Shown here in pieces: positions 1 through 14,847 of a stretch of 64,000 nt of DNA. Source of the DNA: an uncultured Chloroflexia bacterium (GTDB taxonomy: Bacteria > Chloroflexota > Chloroflexia > QHBQ01 > JAICKM01); contig CAWARZ010000005.1 in assembly GCA_963784695.1 (NCBI GenBank), forward strand, positions 60,955 through 124,954, in the 5' to 3' direction. The notes below the pieces were generated by a model. That model worked only from the letters and a program-made list of their open reading frames with translations. It made no database searches and was not told the DNA's origin. Each line of letters opens with the position of its first letter. Position 1 is the first letter of the stretch. Made by a program: the position numbers and the translations under genes.

Positions 1-226
1 GGCCCGGGTTGGCCGGCGAGGACGTGCTGCATTGCGCGCCTCCGGGACTTGGGGCCGAGGCGCGGTTCCCACCTCGGCGTCCGGGTTCTCTCGCACACGC
101 GGGCAGCCAGGAAGGGTCCCGGCTGCCCGCGTGTGGGGCGTCACGCCCGGTAGCGGTGCGCGACGGTGTTCTCGATTCAGCGTAGCACACGGCGCGCCTG
201 TCGCAAGGCGGCCAATGCGGCCCCGC

Positions 227-1160
227 CTAGTACCCCGTCGTCTGGTCGATCACCCCGCGCTCCTTCGCCGCGTGCTCCATCCGCCGGAAGAGCACGAAGG
301 CCAGCGCGAGGCTGGCGACCGCGCTGCCCGCCAGGATGAGCAGCAGCGTGCCGTCGTCGACGCGCGCCAGCAGCGGGCTGATCGGCGCGGTCACCGTCTG
401 GCCGTCCGCCGTCTGTGGTCGCCATGAGGATGCCGCCGTTGAGCGCGCGCCGCATCCCCTCCAGCCAGTACGTCACCGGGACCAGCAGCGTGATCTGCTG
501 CAGGCCGGGCGGCAGGATGTCGGGCGGGAAGTAGGCGCCGCTGAAGAGCAGCAGCAGCCCCGCGGTCGCCTCGCCGATCATCTCGCTGTGCCGCGCCAGC
601 ACCAGCGCCACGCCCGCCAGCATGATGCCGAAGCCCGTCAGGATGCCCATGCCCAGCACGAACGTGATCGCCAGCTTGCCCCAGGCCACGTGGTCGAGCC
701 GCAGTGGCAGCCCCAGGAAGAGCGCGCCCGTCGCCAGCAGGATCAGCGTGGTCAGCAGGCCGATCAGCACCTTCGCCAGCGCCCGCCCGAGCAGGTAGGC
801 GAACTGCCGCGCGGGCGACGTGTAGATGTAGCGCAGCATCTTGTAGTATTCGCGGTCGTCGAAGATCGCCCAGGCCAGCCCGGCCATCGTCTGGATGACC
901 ACCACGAAGAACGCGTTGCTCACGTACAGGTAGCTGAAGAAGTCGCCCCGCGCCCCGCCCGCGATCACCTGGTACATCACGACGAGCATCAGCGCCGTCG
1001 CCAGCGGCCGCAGCGTCGTGAAGGTCAGGAAGACGAACGGGTCGGCCCAGTTGCCCTCGACCTGCCAGCCGAGCCAGGCGGCCAGGCGGAACGTGCGCAC
1101 GTTCTCGCGCCAGATCTGCGCGCGGCCGTCGGCGGGCCGCGCCGGGGGAGTCGTAATCAT
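227..1160 (-). CDS. ABC-2 type exporter permease (frameshift near ~410)
   Basis: ORF 177..1160 has multiple TM helices and the motif FSGAYFPPDILP..PVTYWLEGMRR. A shifted frame gives a plausible C-terminus (..LFRRMEHAAKERGVIDQTTGY*) ending at 227. Confidence 0.85.
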
Positions 1161-1171
1161 ACCAGGCCTCC

Positions 1172-2005
1172 TTACTGCCCGCGCAGCGTCAGGCGCGCTT
1201 CAACCCGCGCCAGCCATTCGACGCGCCCGAGGAGCCAGTAGGCCCCGACGATGAAGATCAGCCCCAGCCCGGCGAGCACCCCGAGCTCGGTCTCCGGCGC
1301 CAGCACCCCGACGATCTGCCCCGGGAAGAGCAGTTGCCGCAGCGCGTCCAGCCCGAAGCTGACCGGGATCAGGCTCGACACGACCGTCAGCACGCCGGGC
1401 AGGCTGCTGAACAGCTTGCCCAGCGGGAAGTTCTGCCCGCTGAGGAAGAAGACCGGCTCGCTCAGCGCGAGCGCCACCTGCCAGGCCTCACGGTTCCAGA
1501 GCAGGAAGATCGAGCTCATCAGCATGCCCAGCCCGTACAGCGCGACCATGCCCACGACGAAGACGACCACCGCGAGCCCCCACTGGCTGCCGTCCAATTG
1601 CACGCCGAACAGCACCACGCCGAGGATGCCGATCGCCGCCGCCCGCATCGTGCTGCGGTACAGCCCGCCGACGCCCATGCCCAGCATGATCGCCATCATC
1701 GACACGGGCGCCATGATATACAGCTCCAGGAAGCCCTCTTGCTTGTCCCAGTACAGCTGCGACGCCATCATCCACAGGATGTTCAGCCAGTAGGTCGCCA
1801 TCACCGCGCCGAGCACCACGAAGCCCACGTAGGCCTCCGGCGCGTGCAGCGCGCGGTACAGGAAGACGAACGCGGCCGTGTTGATCAGCGGCACGAGGAT
1901 CTCGAAGATGATCCAGCTTGGCTCGCGGTGCGCCCCCCAGATGCGCGGGTAGGCGCGCGCCACGGCCGCCTGCAGGAAGAGCCGCCAGCCCGTGCGCTTC
2001 GTCAT
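1172..2005 (-). CDS. ABC-2 type exporter permease
   Basis: 277 aa, about 6 TM helices, FFLSGQNFP and PVSFGLDALRQ motifs. Overlaps the ATPase stop. Confidence 0.88.
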   Translation of the reverse strand: MTKRTGWRLFLQAAVARAYPRIWGAHREPSWIIFEILVPLINTAAFVFLYRALHAPEAYVGFVVLGAVMATYWLNILWMMASQLYWDKQEGFLELYIMAPVSMMAIMLGMGVGGLYRSTMRAAAIGILGVVLFGVQLDGSQWGLAVVVFVVGMVALYGLGMLMSSIFLLWNREAWQVALALSEPVFFLSGQNFPLGKLFSSLPGVLTVVSSLIPVSFGLDALRQLLFPGQIVGVLAPETELGVLAGLGLIFIVGAYWLLGRVEWLARVEARLTLRGQ

Positions 2006-3111
2006 GCCTCGGCCTCCAGCCCGTGCCCCACCAGCCGCACGAAGACGTCCTCGAGCGTCGGCTCGTTCTTCTGCAGCGTCAGGATGCGGCCCTGCTGTGC
2101 GGTCAGCGCGCCGACCACGGCGCCGATGGCCGCCTCATCCTCCAGCACGAACTTCAGCGTGTACACGTTCGTCCCCGCGCCGCCCTCGCCGCTCACGCCG
2201 ATCACCCCCGCGGCCCGCTCCAGCGCGGGCAGGTGCTGCGGCCCGATGCCCGCTGCCTGGATCTCGAAGATGGGCTGCTTCTGCAGCCGCCGCTTCAGGT
2301 TCGCCGGGGTGTCGCAGGCCAGCACCGCGCCGTGGTCGATGATGGCGATGCGGTCGCAGAGCTCGTCGGCCTCGGCCATGTAGTGCGTGGTCAGCAGCAC
2401 GGTGCGGTCCGGGTAGCGGCGCATCCAGTCGCGCGTGAAGTCGCGCACCAGCCGCGCGGCGTTGACGTCGAGCCCCAGCGTCGGCTCGTCGAGGAAGATG
2501 ACGCGCGGGTCGGTCACGAAGCCGCGGCAGAAGTTCATGCGCTGGCGCTGCCCCGTGCTCAGGCTGCTCACACGCGCGTTTGCCTTGTCTTGCAGGTCGA
2601 CGATCGTCAGCATCTCGGCGATGGCGGCGTGCGCCTCGCGTGTCGGCACGCCGTAGAACTGGCTGAACATCCACAGGTTCTCGGTCACCGTGAGCAGGCC
2701 ATAGCCGCTCGTCTCGCCGCCGCTGACCATGTTGATGCGCCGCCGCACCTCGTCGGCCTGCCGCACCACGTCGTAGCCGTCCACATAGCAGGTGCCGCCG
2801 CTCGGCGCGAGCAGCGTCGTCAGGATCTTGATCAGCGTCGTCTTGCCGGCGCCGTTGGGCCCCAGCAGCCCGAACAGCTCGCCCGCCGGGACCTCGAGGT
2901 TCACGTGGTCGAGCGCGGTCAGCGTCTTCGGCGGCGCGCCGCGCGCCCGTTTCTCGCCGCGCAGCTTGTAGACGCGCGAGACGTCGACCGTGCGGATGGC
3001 CGGCGGCACGGGCGCGGCCGCCGGCATGGCGGCCACGGCCGGCCGATCGGCGGGCGCGGCGGGGGGGGTATCGGTATCGGTATCGGTGCTGGGACGCAGG
3101 TCGAGAGTCAT
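2002..3111 (-). CDS. ABC exporter ATP-binding protein (DrrA/NodI-like)
   Basis: Walker A GPNGAGKTT, signature LSTGQ, Walker B IFLDEPT, H-loop TTHYM, C-terminal PTLEDVF. Confidence 0.95.
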   Translation of the reverse strand: MTLDLRPSTDTDTDTPPAAPADRPAVAAMPAAAPVPPAIRTVDVSRVYKLRGEKRARGAPPKTLTALDHVNLEVPAGELFGLLGPNGAGKTTLIKILTTLLAPSGGTCYVDGYDVVRQADEVRRRINMVSGGETSGYGLLTVTENLWMFSQFYGVPTREAHAAIAEMLTIVDLQDKANARVSSLSTGQRQRMNFCRGFVTDPRVIFLDEPTLGLDVNAARLVRDFTRDWMRRYPDRTVLLTTHYMAEADELCDRIAIIDHGAVLACDTPANLKRRLQKQPIFEIQAAGIGPQHLPALERAAGVIGVSGEGGAGTNVYTLKFVLEDEAAIGAVVGALTAQQGRILTLQKNEPTLEDVFVRLVGHGLEAEA

Positions 3112-3358
3112 GCTTGGGTCACCTCGTTTGGTACTGGGATCTGGGCGGGGGCCGAATCGCCCTCAAGTAGTATACCGAAGCGCCCGAGACGCGGGTACGG
3201 TCGGGCGAACGATCCGCCCATCGGTCGAAAGGCCGGGGCACCCCGGCGCGCACGCGCTGGCCCAGCGCGCTGGCACCACGCCGCGGGATGCCCGGTCGCC
3301 CTGCCTGCCCCGGCCGCCCAGAGCCTCCCGCCGTATCCCGCTTGCCTTGCCTCTCCCT

Positions 3359-3390
3359 GTCATCCCGAGCGCAGCGAGGGATCTCCGACT
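3359..3390. repeat. REP-like palindrome family A (GTCATCCCGAxCGCAGxGAGGGATCTCCG)
   Basis: Near-identical copies at 3359, 6920, 13769 and 13892, all intergenic. Confidence 0.8.
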
Positions 3391-3609
3391 TCGGGATCTC
3401 GCCTCAGGAAACGCCTATCCCTGCTGACCGGCTCCGCGATCGCCGGGAACCCGGCCGGGCCGGCCCCGCAGTGCGCGAACCCGCGCGCACGGTCTAGCCC
3501 GCCTTGCGAGAAAAGGTGGTATAATAGGGCCGCGGGCGCCGCGGGGAACGCCCTGCACCCGCCGGGCCGGGGCCCGCTGCCCCGCCGGTCGTCGCGTGAG
3601 GAGGCCCGG

Positions 3610-4875
3610 GTGGCGTTTATTCCGCTGGTGATCACCGTCGTGATGGGCATGATGGCCGGCGGCATGGTCGCCCTCGCCCTCATCGGCCCGCGCCAGACAC
3701 AGACCCTCTACGTCGTCCTGGCCGCGCTCGGCATCCTGCTCGGCGTGGGCGCCGTGGCTGCCGGCCCCAACACGGCGGCCTCCACCTACGTCTACAACAG
3801 CTTCAACCTGCTCCTCTCCGCCTTCCTCGGCTACGCCGTCACCACCTTCTTCGTGCTCTCCTACCAGGTGACGCCCGACCGCGTGCTGCCCGACCCGGCC
3901 GCCATCGCGGCCGTGCAGGCCGGTGGCGCCGAGAAGACGGCCGTCCTCTACTACGTGCCCGCCGAGCCGGAGCACTACAATGCCCGCGTCGCGGCGCGCG
4001 GCTTCGAGACCGCCGATTACCCCCAGGCCCTGCCGCCGCTGCTGGCCCGCCCCTTCGCGCTGCAGGCCCTCAAGCGCAAGTATGCCGCGATTCGCCAGAA
4101 CACCTACCGCACCGTCCATTTCCGCCTCGCCCAGAAGGTGCAGGAGCGGCTGGGCAAGCGCTACCGCCTCTACGTGGCCTTCTACAACGACGCGCCCACG
4201 CTCGCCGATGCCGCGCAGGAAGCGCTCCGCGGCGGCGCCCAGCGCTTGATTGTGCTCCACCCTCGCCTCACCGACCCGCCCCCCGCCCTGCACGTGCGCG
4301 ACCTGCTCGCGCCCCTGCGCCTCGCCCGCTACGGCGTGAGCGTGCGCGAGACGGCCCCGCTCTGGAGCTCCGAGCTCTTGCCCCGGCTCATCGTCCGCCG
4401 CGCCTTGGCCGCCACCGACGACCAGGACCGCGCCACCGTCGGCCTGCTGCTGATCGGCCAGGGCCACGCCGCGCCTCGCCGCTACCAGCCGAAGCCCGGC
4501 AGTGCCGCCGCGCCCGATCCGCTCGAGCGCGAGCACCAGGAGATGGCCTTCGTCAAGCGTGTGCGCCAGGCGCTGATCAAGGCCGGCTTCGCCGAGGACA
4601 ACGTCGTGCTCACCTGGTGGCGGTGGCAGGAGCCGCCGCCCGCGGCGGGCCTCGCGCAATTGGCGGCCGCGGGCTGCCGGTGCGTCTTCTGGCTGCCCGT
4701 CGGCATGCTGACCGACGGCATCACCACCCTGCACGACATCCCCGCCGCGCTGCAGGCCGCCGCCCCGGCCGGCGTGGAGCTCCGCCGCCTCGGCCCCTGG
4801 AATGACGACGACCTGATGGCCGAGGCGCTCGCCGAGAAGGTCAAACAGGTCGTCGCCGCCGAACAGCTCGTCTAG
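3610..4875 (+). CDS. Membrane-anchored class II chelatase-like (HemH/CbiX-fold) protein
   Basis: GTG at 3610 after GAGGAGG. Three N-terminal TM helices, then YVAFYNDAPTL, LLLIGQGH, WQEP and DGITTLHDIP..LGPWNDD motifs that resemble ferrochelatase-fold proteins. Confidence 0.6.
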   Translation: MAFIPLVITVVMGMMAGGMVALALIGPRQTQTLYVVLAALGILLGVGAVAAGPNTAASTYVYNSFNLLLSAFLGYAVTTFFVLSYQVTPDRVLPDPAAIAAVQAGGAEKTAVLYYVPAEPEHYNARVAARGFETADYPQALPPLLARPFALQALKRKYAAIRQNTYRTVHFRLAQKVQERLGKRYRLYVAFYNDAPTLADAAQEALRGGAQRLIVLHPRLTDPPPALHVRDLLAPLRLARYGVSVRETAPLWSSELLPRLIVRRALAATDDQDRATVGLLLIGQGHAAPRRYQPKPGSAAAPDPLEREHQEMAFVKRVRQALIKAGFAEDNVVLTWWRWQEPPPAAGLAQLAAAGCRCVFWLPVGMLTDGITTLHDIPAALQAAAPAGVELRRLGPWNDDDLMAEALAEKVKQVVAAEQLV

Positions 4876-4884
4876 CGCACGCAA

Positions 4885-4914
4885 AACCGGCCCGGTGGTT
4901 CCACCGGGCCGGTT
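4885..4914. terminator. Intrinsic terminator hairpin, possibly bidirectional
   Basis: AACCGGCCCGGTGG-TTC-CACCGGGCCGGTT lies between convergent genes. Confidence 0.75.
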
Positions 4915-4943
4915 GCTTGTTGGGAGCCCTCGGCTCCCGGGGC

Positions 4944-5069
4944 TCAGGCCGCCTGCTTGCGCCCGAGCCGCCCCAGGCGCTCGATCAGCCGGGCCTTGGC
5001 CGCGGCCTTCAGGCGCTCGTCCTGCATCTGCCGGCTGATCTGCCCCAACACGTAATCGTTGCTGAACAT
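4944..5069 (-). CDS. Small 41-aa basic protein (MFSNDYVLGQISRQMQDERLKAAAKARLIERLGRLGRKQAA)
   Basis: ATG preceded by a GGAGAGGG RBS, GC3-rich codons, followed by hairpins. Below the length cutoff of the ORF track. Confidence 0.6.
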   Translation of the reverse strand: MFSNDYVLGQISRQMQDERLKAAAKARLIERLGRLGRKQAA

Positions 5070-5437
5070 TGGTTCCCTCTCCCCCTGTCTCTGCTCTGCG
5101 GCATTGGTCATTCGTTACGACATCATCATAGCGCCGCGCCAGGTTTAGCACATCGGGACATGGGGGGATCCCCGCCTACCGCGTTGGCCGCCGCCACCCC
5201 GGCCGCGCGACAGAGGCCGCGTGGCCGTCGGCACAGGCGTGGGCTCCGTCTCCCGACCGAGCGGCGCGGTGCTCGCCGGACCGCGCGACGGAGGCGCGCA
5301 AGGCCGGACGACGGAGCGAGGCCTCGGTCCGATGGTGGTCGACGACGATCGATTGTCGCGGCCGAAGCTCAGGCGCCAGGCAGCGCGCTGCTCCTGGCGA
5401 TGCGGGATAGCGATTCCGGATGGCGGAAGCCGCGTCT

Positions 5438-5481
5438 GTAGGAGGGCGCTCCGCCACGCGACAACCGCCGCCCCAAGATCC
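5438..5481. repeat. GTAG/GTGG-type REP-like family B
   Basis: GTAGGAGGGC..CTCCG..CGCGACAACCGCCGCC..AAGA copies at 5438, 16188 and 29695-29739 (reverse). Related GTGGGAGGCGGCTCCGTCCGCCGAGG copies at 6821, 7137-7165 (reverse) and 13672. Confidence 0.7.
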
Positions 5482-5567
5482 CGCCCGATAAGCACCCACC
5501 CTCCCCGTTACCGATCTCCGTTGTCCATAACCTTCAGCCGGAGATCGCCGGGCACCGGCGGGCACGC

Positions 5568-5602
5568 AAAAACCCGCCGGATCCCCGAGGGGATCCGGCG
5601 GG
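5568..5602 (-). terminator. Intrinsic terminator of the 5623..6531 gene
   Basis: CCCGCCGGATCCCC-GA-GGGGATCCGGCGGG hairpin followed on the minus strand by a T-run (AAAAA on the plus strand). Confidence 0.8.
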
Positions 5603-5622
5603 CGGGATGGCGGATAGGTAGG

Positions 5623-6531
5623 CTAGAAGGGCGGCTGGCTCGCCTCGCGCGCCTTCGCGGTCAGCCGGTCGATGACCCGCGCCGCCTTGGCCCGGCTCAG
5701 GTCCGCGATCGCCTCGATGCGCAGCGAGGCCAGCAGCTCCTCCTCGGCGATGCCCGCGCGCGGCAGCAGCCCGCGGATCGTCCGCTCCTGCTGCTCGGTC
5801 GCGTGCGCGTCGTCGGACTCGGCGGCGGGCGCGGCATAGCGGGCGGGCGCCTCGGCCACCGCGTCGTGCGTCCCGTTGGTGGCCGGCGCCTGCGCCGGGC
5901 CGTTCTCGTGCTCGAACGCCTGCCGCTGGTCCACGTCCTCCAGGTCCTGCGTGAAGACTTCCGACAGGCCGGCCACGCGCAGCACGGCGTCGACCTGGGC
6001 GCGCTTCTCGCAGATCTTGATCGCGTTGTTCACCGTCCAGCCGCTGCGCTCGCTGAGCTCGGCCGCCCCGCGGCCCTCGCCGACCACGCGGCCCTGCCGG
6101 TCGATCAGCCGGCAGATGTAGATGAACAGGCCGTCGCGGTTGCCCGCCATCGCCAGCGACGCGGCGTCGGGCAGGAAGCGCGGCCGCAATTGCAGCAGCA
6201 GGCAGATCTTCTCCGCCCCCGGCTTGAACAGTGACGGCTTGCTCTCGCGCCGCCCCGTGCTGATCGTGCCGAAGTCGGTGCCCGCCTTCAGGTTGTGCAC
6301 GATGTACTCGCGGATAATCTCCCGCCGCTCTTCCTCCGCGTGCACCATCCGGCGCAGCGCGTCCGGGTCGATGCTCAGCGCCACCGTGCCCAATTCGGGC
6401 GGCGCGGGCACGGTCGCCGTCTCGCCCTCGGCGGGCGGCATCTCTTTCGGCAGGCGGGCGCTACGGATCTCAATCGGGTCTTCAGCAGGGTCGTTCTTGA
6501 CCAGGGATGCAACATTCTGGCGCGCCATCAC
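5623..6531 (-). CDS. Phage-type DNA single-strand annealing/recombination-like protein
   Basis: Motifs KPSLFKPGAEKI, GEGRG, NNAIKICEKRAQVDAVL and SEVFTQDLED resemble a phage recombination-module protein family. Short C-terminal helical domain (ATEQQ..LSRAKAARVIDRL). Confidence 0.6.
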   Translation of the reverse strand: MMARQNVASLVKNDPAEDPIEIRSARLPKEMPPAEGETATVPAPPELGTVALSIDPDALRRMVHAEEERREIIREYIVHNLKAGTDFGTISTGRRESKPSLFKPGAEKICLLLQLRPRFLPDAASLAMAGNRDGLFIYICRLIDRQGRVVGEGRGAAELSERSGWTVNNAIKICEKRAQVDAVLRVAGLSEVFTQDLEDVDQRQAFEHENGPAQAPATNGTHDAVAEAPARYAAPAAESDDAHATEQQERTIRGLLPRAGIAEEELLASLRIEAIADLSRAKAARVIDRLTAKAREASQPPF

Positions 6532-6604
6532 ACAATTCCTTTGCTAGTTCGGCGAGCGGCCGGCGGCCGCACCACGGCCCGGCGGGGGGCCGGTTCCCAC
6601 CTTC

Positions 6605-6633
6605 ATTATAGAACATCTGTACGGATTTGTCAA
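6605..6633 (-). promoter_or_regulatory. Consensus sigma70 promoter with a LexA (Cheo-type) box in the spacer
   Basis: The minus strand reads TTGACA-17 nt-TATAAT. The spacer contains GAAC-ATCT-GTAC (6611-6622), one mismatch from GAAC-N4-GTTC. Confidence 0.8.
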
Positions 6634-6919
6634 TGCCGGAGGCGCCGGGCGCGGGGCGGGGGGCCAAGCGCCCGGAACGCCATCCTTCGTCATCCCTATG
6701 CCCGGGCGCAGGGCGAAAGCGGCAAGGGGCGGCGCCCAGATCGCCGTGTCAGGCGCCACCGCCCGCCAATGCCCCTCAAGATCAGGTCCCCGCCCCACCG
6801 GGATGCGGGGCAAGACGTCTGTGGGAGGCGGCTCCGTCCGCCGAGGCCGCCCCAAGATCCGGCCCGGAATCCAGCCGGCCGGCACCCGGGAGAACGCCCG
6901 CTCCCCCAGCCTCCCCTAT

Positions 6920-7066
6920 GTCATCCCGAACGCAGTGAGGGATCTCCGACTCCGAAAGCTTGCCCTGAGGCAGGCGTACGCGCGCCGCCCGGCTTCCCGG
7001 ACGCTGCGCGCTTGCCCCGAGCAGGCCCCGCGGCGCGGAGATGCTTCACGTGTGCTCAGGCATGAC
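6920..7066. repeat. REPIN-like element (family A REP plus inverted degenerate arm)
   Basis: Left arm GTCATCCCGAACGCAGTGAGGGATCTCC, right arm GGAGATGCTTCACGTGTGCTCAGGCATGAC. Same arrangement at 13892-14036. Confidence 0.65.
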
Positions 7067-7187
7067 AAAGGGCAAGGGCCGGAGGCGTGGGGCGGACAGC
7101 CGCCCGTCCCGGCCGATTCGGGGCCAGGCGGACGGGCCGCCTCGGCGGACGGAGCCGCCTCCCACAGACGGATCCCGCCGCCGGGAA

Positions 7188-7400
7188 GCCGAATCGCGCC
7201 GCCGTCGCAGCCCGCGCAGGCGGGCTTCGTCGCTGTTGCCCGCGGCTTTAGCCGCCGGGCAACGCCCCACCGCCCGGCTCCTCGATCGCCGAATCGCGCC
7301 GCCTCGTCGCGAGCCCGCGCAGGCGGGCTTCGTCGCTGTTGCCCGCGGCTTTAGCCGCCGGGCAACGCCCCACCGCCCGGCGCCCGGAGGCCGAATCGCC
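7188..7400. repeat. ~100-bp tandem duplication downstream of secA
   Basis: Two copies of AGCCCGCGCAGGCGGGCTTCGTCGCTGTTGCCCGCGGCTTTAGCCGCCGGGCAACGCCCCACCGCCCGGC. A related copy lies near 29780-29830. Confidence 0.8.
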
Positions 7401-7452
7401 GCGGGATGCAGACGGGGCCGCCCACCGGCGGCCCCGTCTGTCCGCGCGGGCG

Positions 7453-12276
<4,824 letters not shown>

Positions 12277-12363
12277 TGTGATCCTCTCTCGGGCGTTGTC
12301 CCTGCCGGGCGGTCCGCCCCGCGTCCGCGGAGCGCCGCCGTCCGGGCCCGGCCGTGCCGGTGA

Positions 12364-13401
12364 TTATGTGCTCTTTAGCGTCTGTACTTCAAACGCAGTA
12401 TGCAAGCCGAGCGCTTTCAGGCCCGCGTCGAGCGCGCGCCGGAAGGCCGCCTGGTCGGGCTGCGGCGCCTCCTCGGCCACGGCAGTCAGGTCGGCCACCA
12501 GGTGGGTGGCCATGCCCGCCGCGCCCTCGACGCCCGTCAGCCCCGTGGCCGCGATGGCCTCCTGGTAGCCGGGGGCGCGCGCGGGGTCGCGGATCTCGAG
12601 CTCGGCGAGCTCGAGCGCGATCAGCAGGCGGCGCAGGTCCTCGCGCTGGCCCGCGAAGAAGCGCTGGCTCAGCGTGGCCAGGCGGGCGACCAGCGCCTCG
12701 GTCAGCTCCGGCGCCGTGACGTCGGACGCGTCGAACTGCTCGGCGATCCAGCGCCGGTTGCGGTCGGCCATATACGGCGGGAAGAAAGTCTCGTTGCCGG
12801 TGAGCATGCCGAGCAGGGGCAGCGCCCAGGTGCGCTCGGCCAGGCGCAGGGCCGGGTCGATCGCGGCGATCTGCGCGGCGATCCAGGGATGGTCCATCAG
12901 GATGACCAGGTAGTTGGCGGCGTTCTGCAGCGCTTCCTTGTCGCGGGCCCCCGCGCGCAGGGCCAGGCCGAGCGGCTTCTCCTCGCGCGGGTGCAGGTCA
13001 ATATGCAGCAGGGGGTGCAGGATCAGCGCGACCAGCGCGGCCGGGCCGGCCTGCCGCCCGATCGCCACGTTGTACTCGACGATGACGCCGCGCGTGCTCG
13101 GCACCAGCCCGGCGATGACGCGGTCGGCGGGGCGCAGGTAGACGTTGCCGCCCGTGCGCCCGGCCACGCGCAGCAGCAGGCTGTTGAACGCCTGGTGCAC
13201 GGCGGGCGGCAGCCGCGTCTCGGCGGCGGCATCCACCGGGTCGTCCGCGATGCCCTCCAAGACATAAGCCAGCGTGTTGACGGTGACCCGGCAATAGGGG
13301 CAGGGCACGGTTTGCGGGCGGTCGTCGCGGACCGTAATCCAGCCCGGGCAGTGGCTGGTCGGGCACTTCACCACACGCTCCGTGCTGACAAGAACTGACA
13401 T
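12364..13401 (-). CDS. Hypothetical protein with N-terminal Zn ribbon and helical C-terminal domain
   Basis: ATG at 13401 after GAGGAG. CPTSHC..CPYC Zn-ribbon and an LHPLLH motif. GC3-rich codons. Confidence 0.65.
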   Translation of the reverse strand: MSVLVSTERVVKCPTSHCPGWITVRDDRPQTVPCPYCRVTVNTLAYVLEGIADDPVDAAAETRLPPAVHQAFNSLLLRVAGRTGGNVYLRPADRVIAGLVPSTRGVIVEYNVAIGRQAGPAALVALILHPLLHIDLHPREEKPLGLALRAGARDKEALQNAANYLVILMDHPWIAAQIAAIDPALRLAERTWALPLLGMLTGNETFFPPYMADRNRRWIAEQFDASDVTAPELTEALVARLATLSQRFFAGQREDLRRLLIALELAELEIRDPARAPGYQEAIAATGLTGVEGAAGMATHLVADLTAVAEEAPQPDQAAFRRALDAGLKALGLHTAFEVQTLKST

Positions 13402-14322
13402 GATTCGAAAGGACTCCTCAGATTGCATTTTGCGGTAGGCACAAGGGCACCGGCCGCACCGGCACCAACTACTATTGTACCCGAAACGCCGCCCCATTGC
13501 CACCACACCAAAGCGTCGGTGGGCGCGGGCCCCACCCGGCGAGGCCACCCCAAGATCCGGCCCCAGCCAAGCCGCGATGCCGGAGAGCCGCAGGTAGGCG
13601 CGGCCCCGCGGGGCCGCCCGGCTCACTCAGAATCCGACCTGTCACTAGCCGAAATCCGGACCTGGTCGTCTGTGGGAGGCGGCTCCGTCCGCCGAGGCCG
13701 CCCGTCCGCCTGGCCCTGAATCCCACCGGGCGGCTGCCGGGATACCCCCGGCCCCCCGGCCTCCCCTGGTCATCCCGAACGCAGTGAGGGATCTCCGAAC
13801 TCCGGGATGTTACCTTGAGGCAGGCATTTCCGCGCCGACCAGCTGCTCGGACGCCGCACGTGCCGGAGTCCCCGTCGGCCTACCTCCCCTGGTCATCCCG
13901 AACGCAGTGAGGGATCTCCGACTCCGAAAGGCTGCCCTGAGGCAAGCGCCGCCACAGTAGCCGGCTCCCCGGACGCCTCGCGGGTTCGCCGGGTAGGCTG
14001 CCGGTGCGGAGATGCGTCATGTGCAGTCAGCATGGCCAAGGGGAGGGCCAGGGGCTTGGGGCGGGCCGGCCGCCCCCCGGCAGCGCCGCCCAGGCGAGCG
14101 CGGCGAGCGCGAGGCAGAGGGAGAGGCGGAGACAGCGGGGCAACCGGCGGACCCGGGCACGAGACTCCCGCCGGCGGGCGGCAAGGCATCCGGCGCGAGA
14201 GACCGCGTTCAGGGAGCAGTACCAATCCCTGGGGCAAGCGCCGTGCCGGGGTGGACGATTTTCTCAGTCCCAGTGAACTCGAGTTTTCGACAGAAAGGGC
14301 CATTCTGTCCCAAACGGGGGAA

Positions 14323-14847
14323 TCAGGCGGACGGCGGCGCCGGGTCGGGGGCAGCCGCGGCCAGCCGCGCGGCGAGCACCGCGCTCAGCGCCCGCACGTC
14401 GTCGGGCGCGACGGGGTGGGGCGCCCCCGGCCCCAGCAGCCGGAAGACCTCCGGGCCGCGCAGGTCGGACGGCAGGTCCGCCGCGACCGGGATGACGTGC
14501 AGGTGGACGTGCTGGAAGTGCGGCGCCTCGGCCCAGCCCGCCACGTACTCCTTGGCGCAGCCGACCTCGGCGCGCAGCGCCTGCACGACCCGCTCCTGCA
14601 GCGCCCCGAGCGCGGCCCACTCGGCGGCGGTGAGCTCGTGCAGCGCGGCGACGTGGCGCTGCAGCACGATCACCAGCCAGCCGCGCAGCCCGCACGGGTA
14701 GGCGTGTTCCACGCGCCAGTAGCGCTCGCGCAGGATGACCCCGCCGGGCGATAGCTCGCGCAGCCCGGCCGCAGCCTCGCAGCTGTAGCAGGTGGGCGCG
14801 CCGCCGTCCGGCGTCAGCGCTTGACGCTCGCCAGCCAATCCTGCCAC
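14323..14847 (-). CDS. HIT family nucleotide hydrolase (start uncertain)
   Basis: CYSC near the N-terminus and histidine triad HFQHVHLHVIP. Confidence 0.85.
   Translation of the reverse strand: MAGLAGERQALTPDGGAPTCYSCEAAAGLRELSPGGVILRERYWRVEHAYPCGLRGWLVIVLQRHVAALHELTAAEWAALGALQERVVQALRAEVGCAKEYVAGWAEAPHFQHVHLHVIPVAADLPSDLRGPEVFRLLGPGAPHPVAPDDVRALSAVLAARLAAAAPDPAPPSA

Noticed and set aside
5623-6531. Prophage remnant
   Set aside because: A single phage-like gene with its own host-type promoter and terminator. No structural, integrase or replication genes are nearby.
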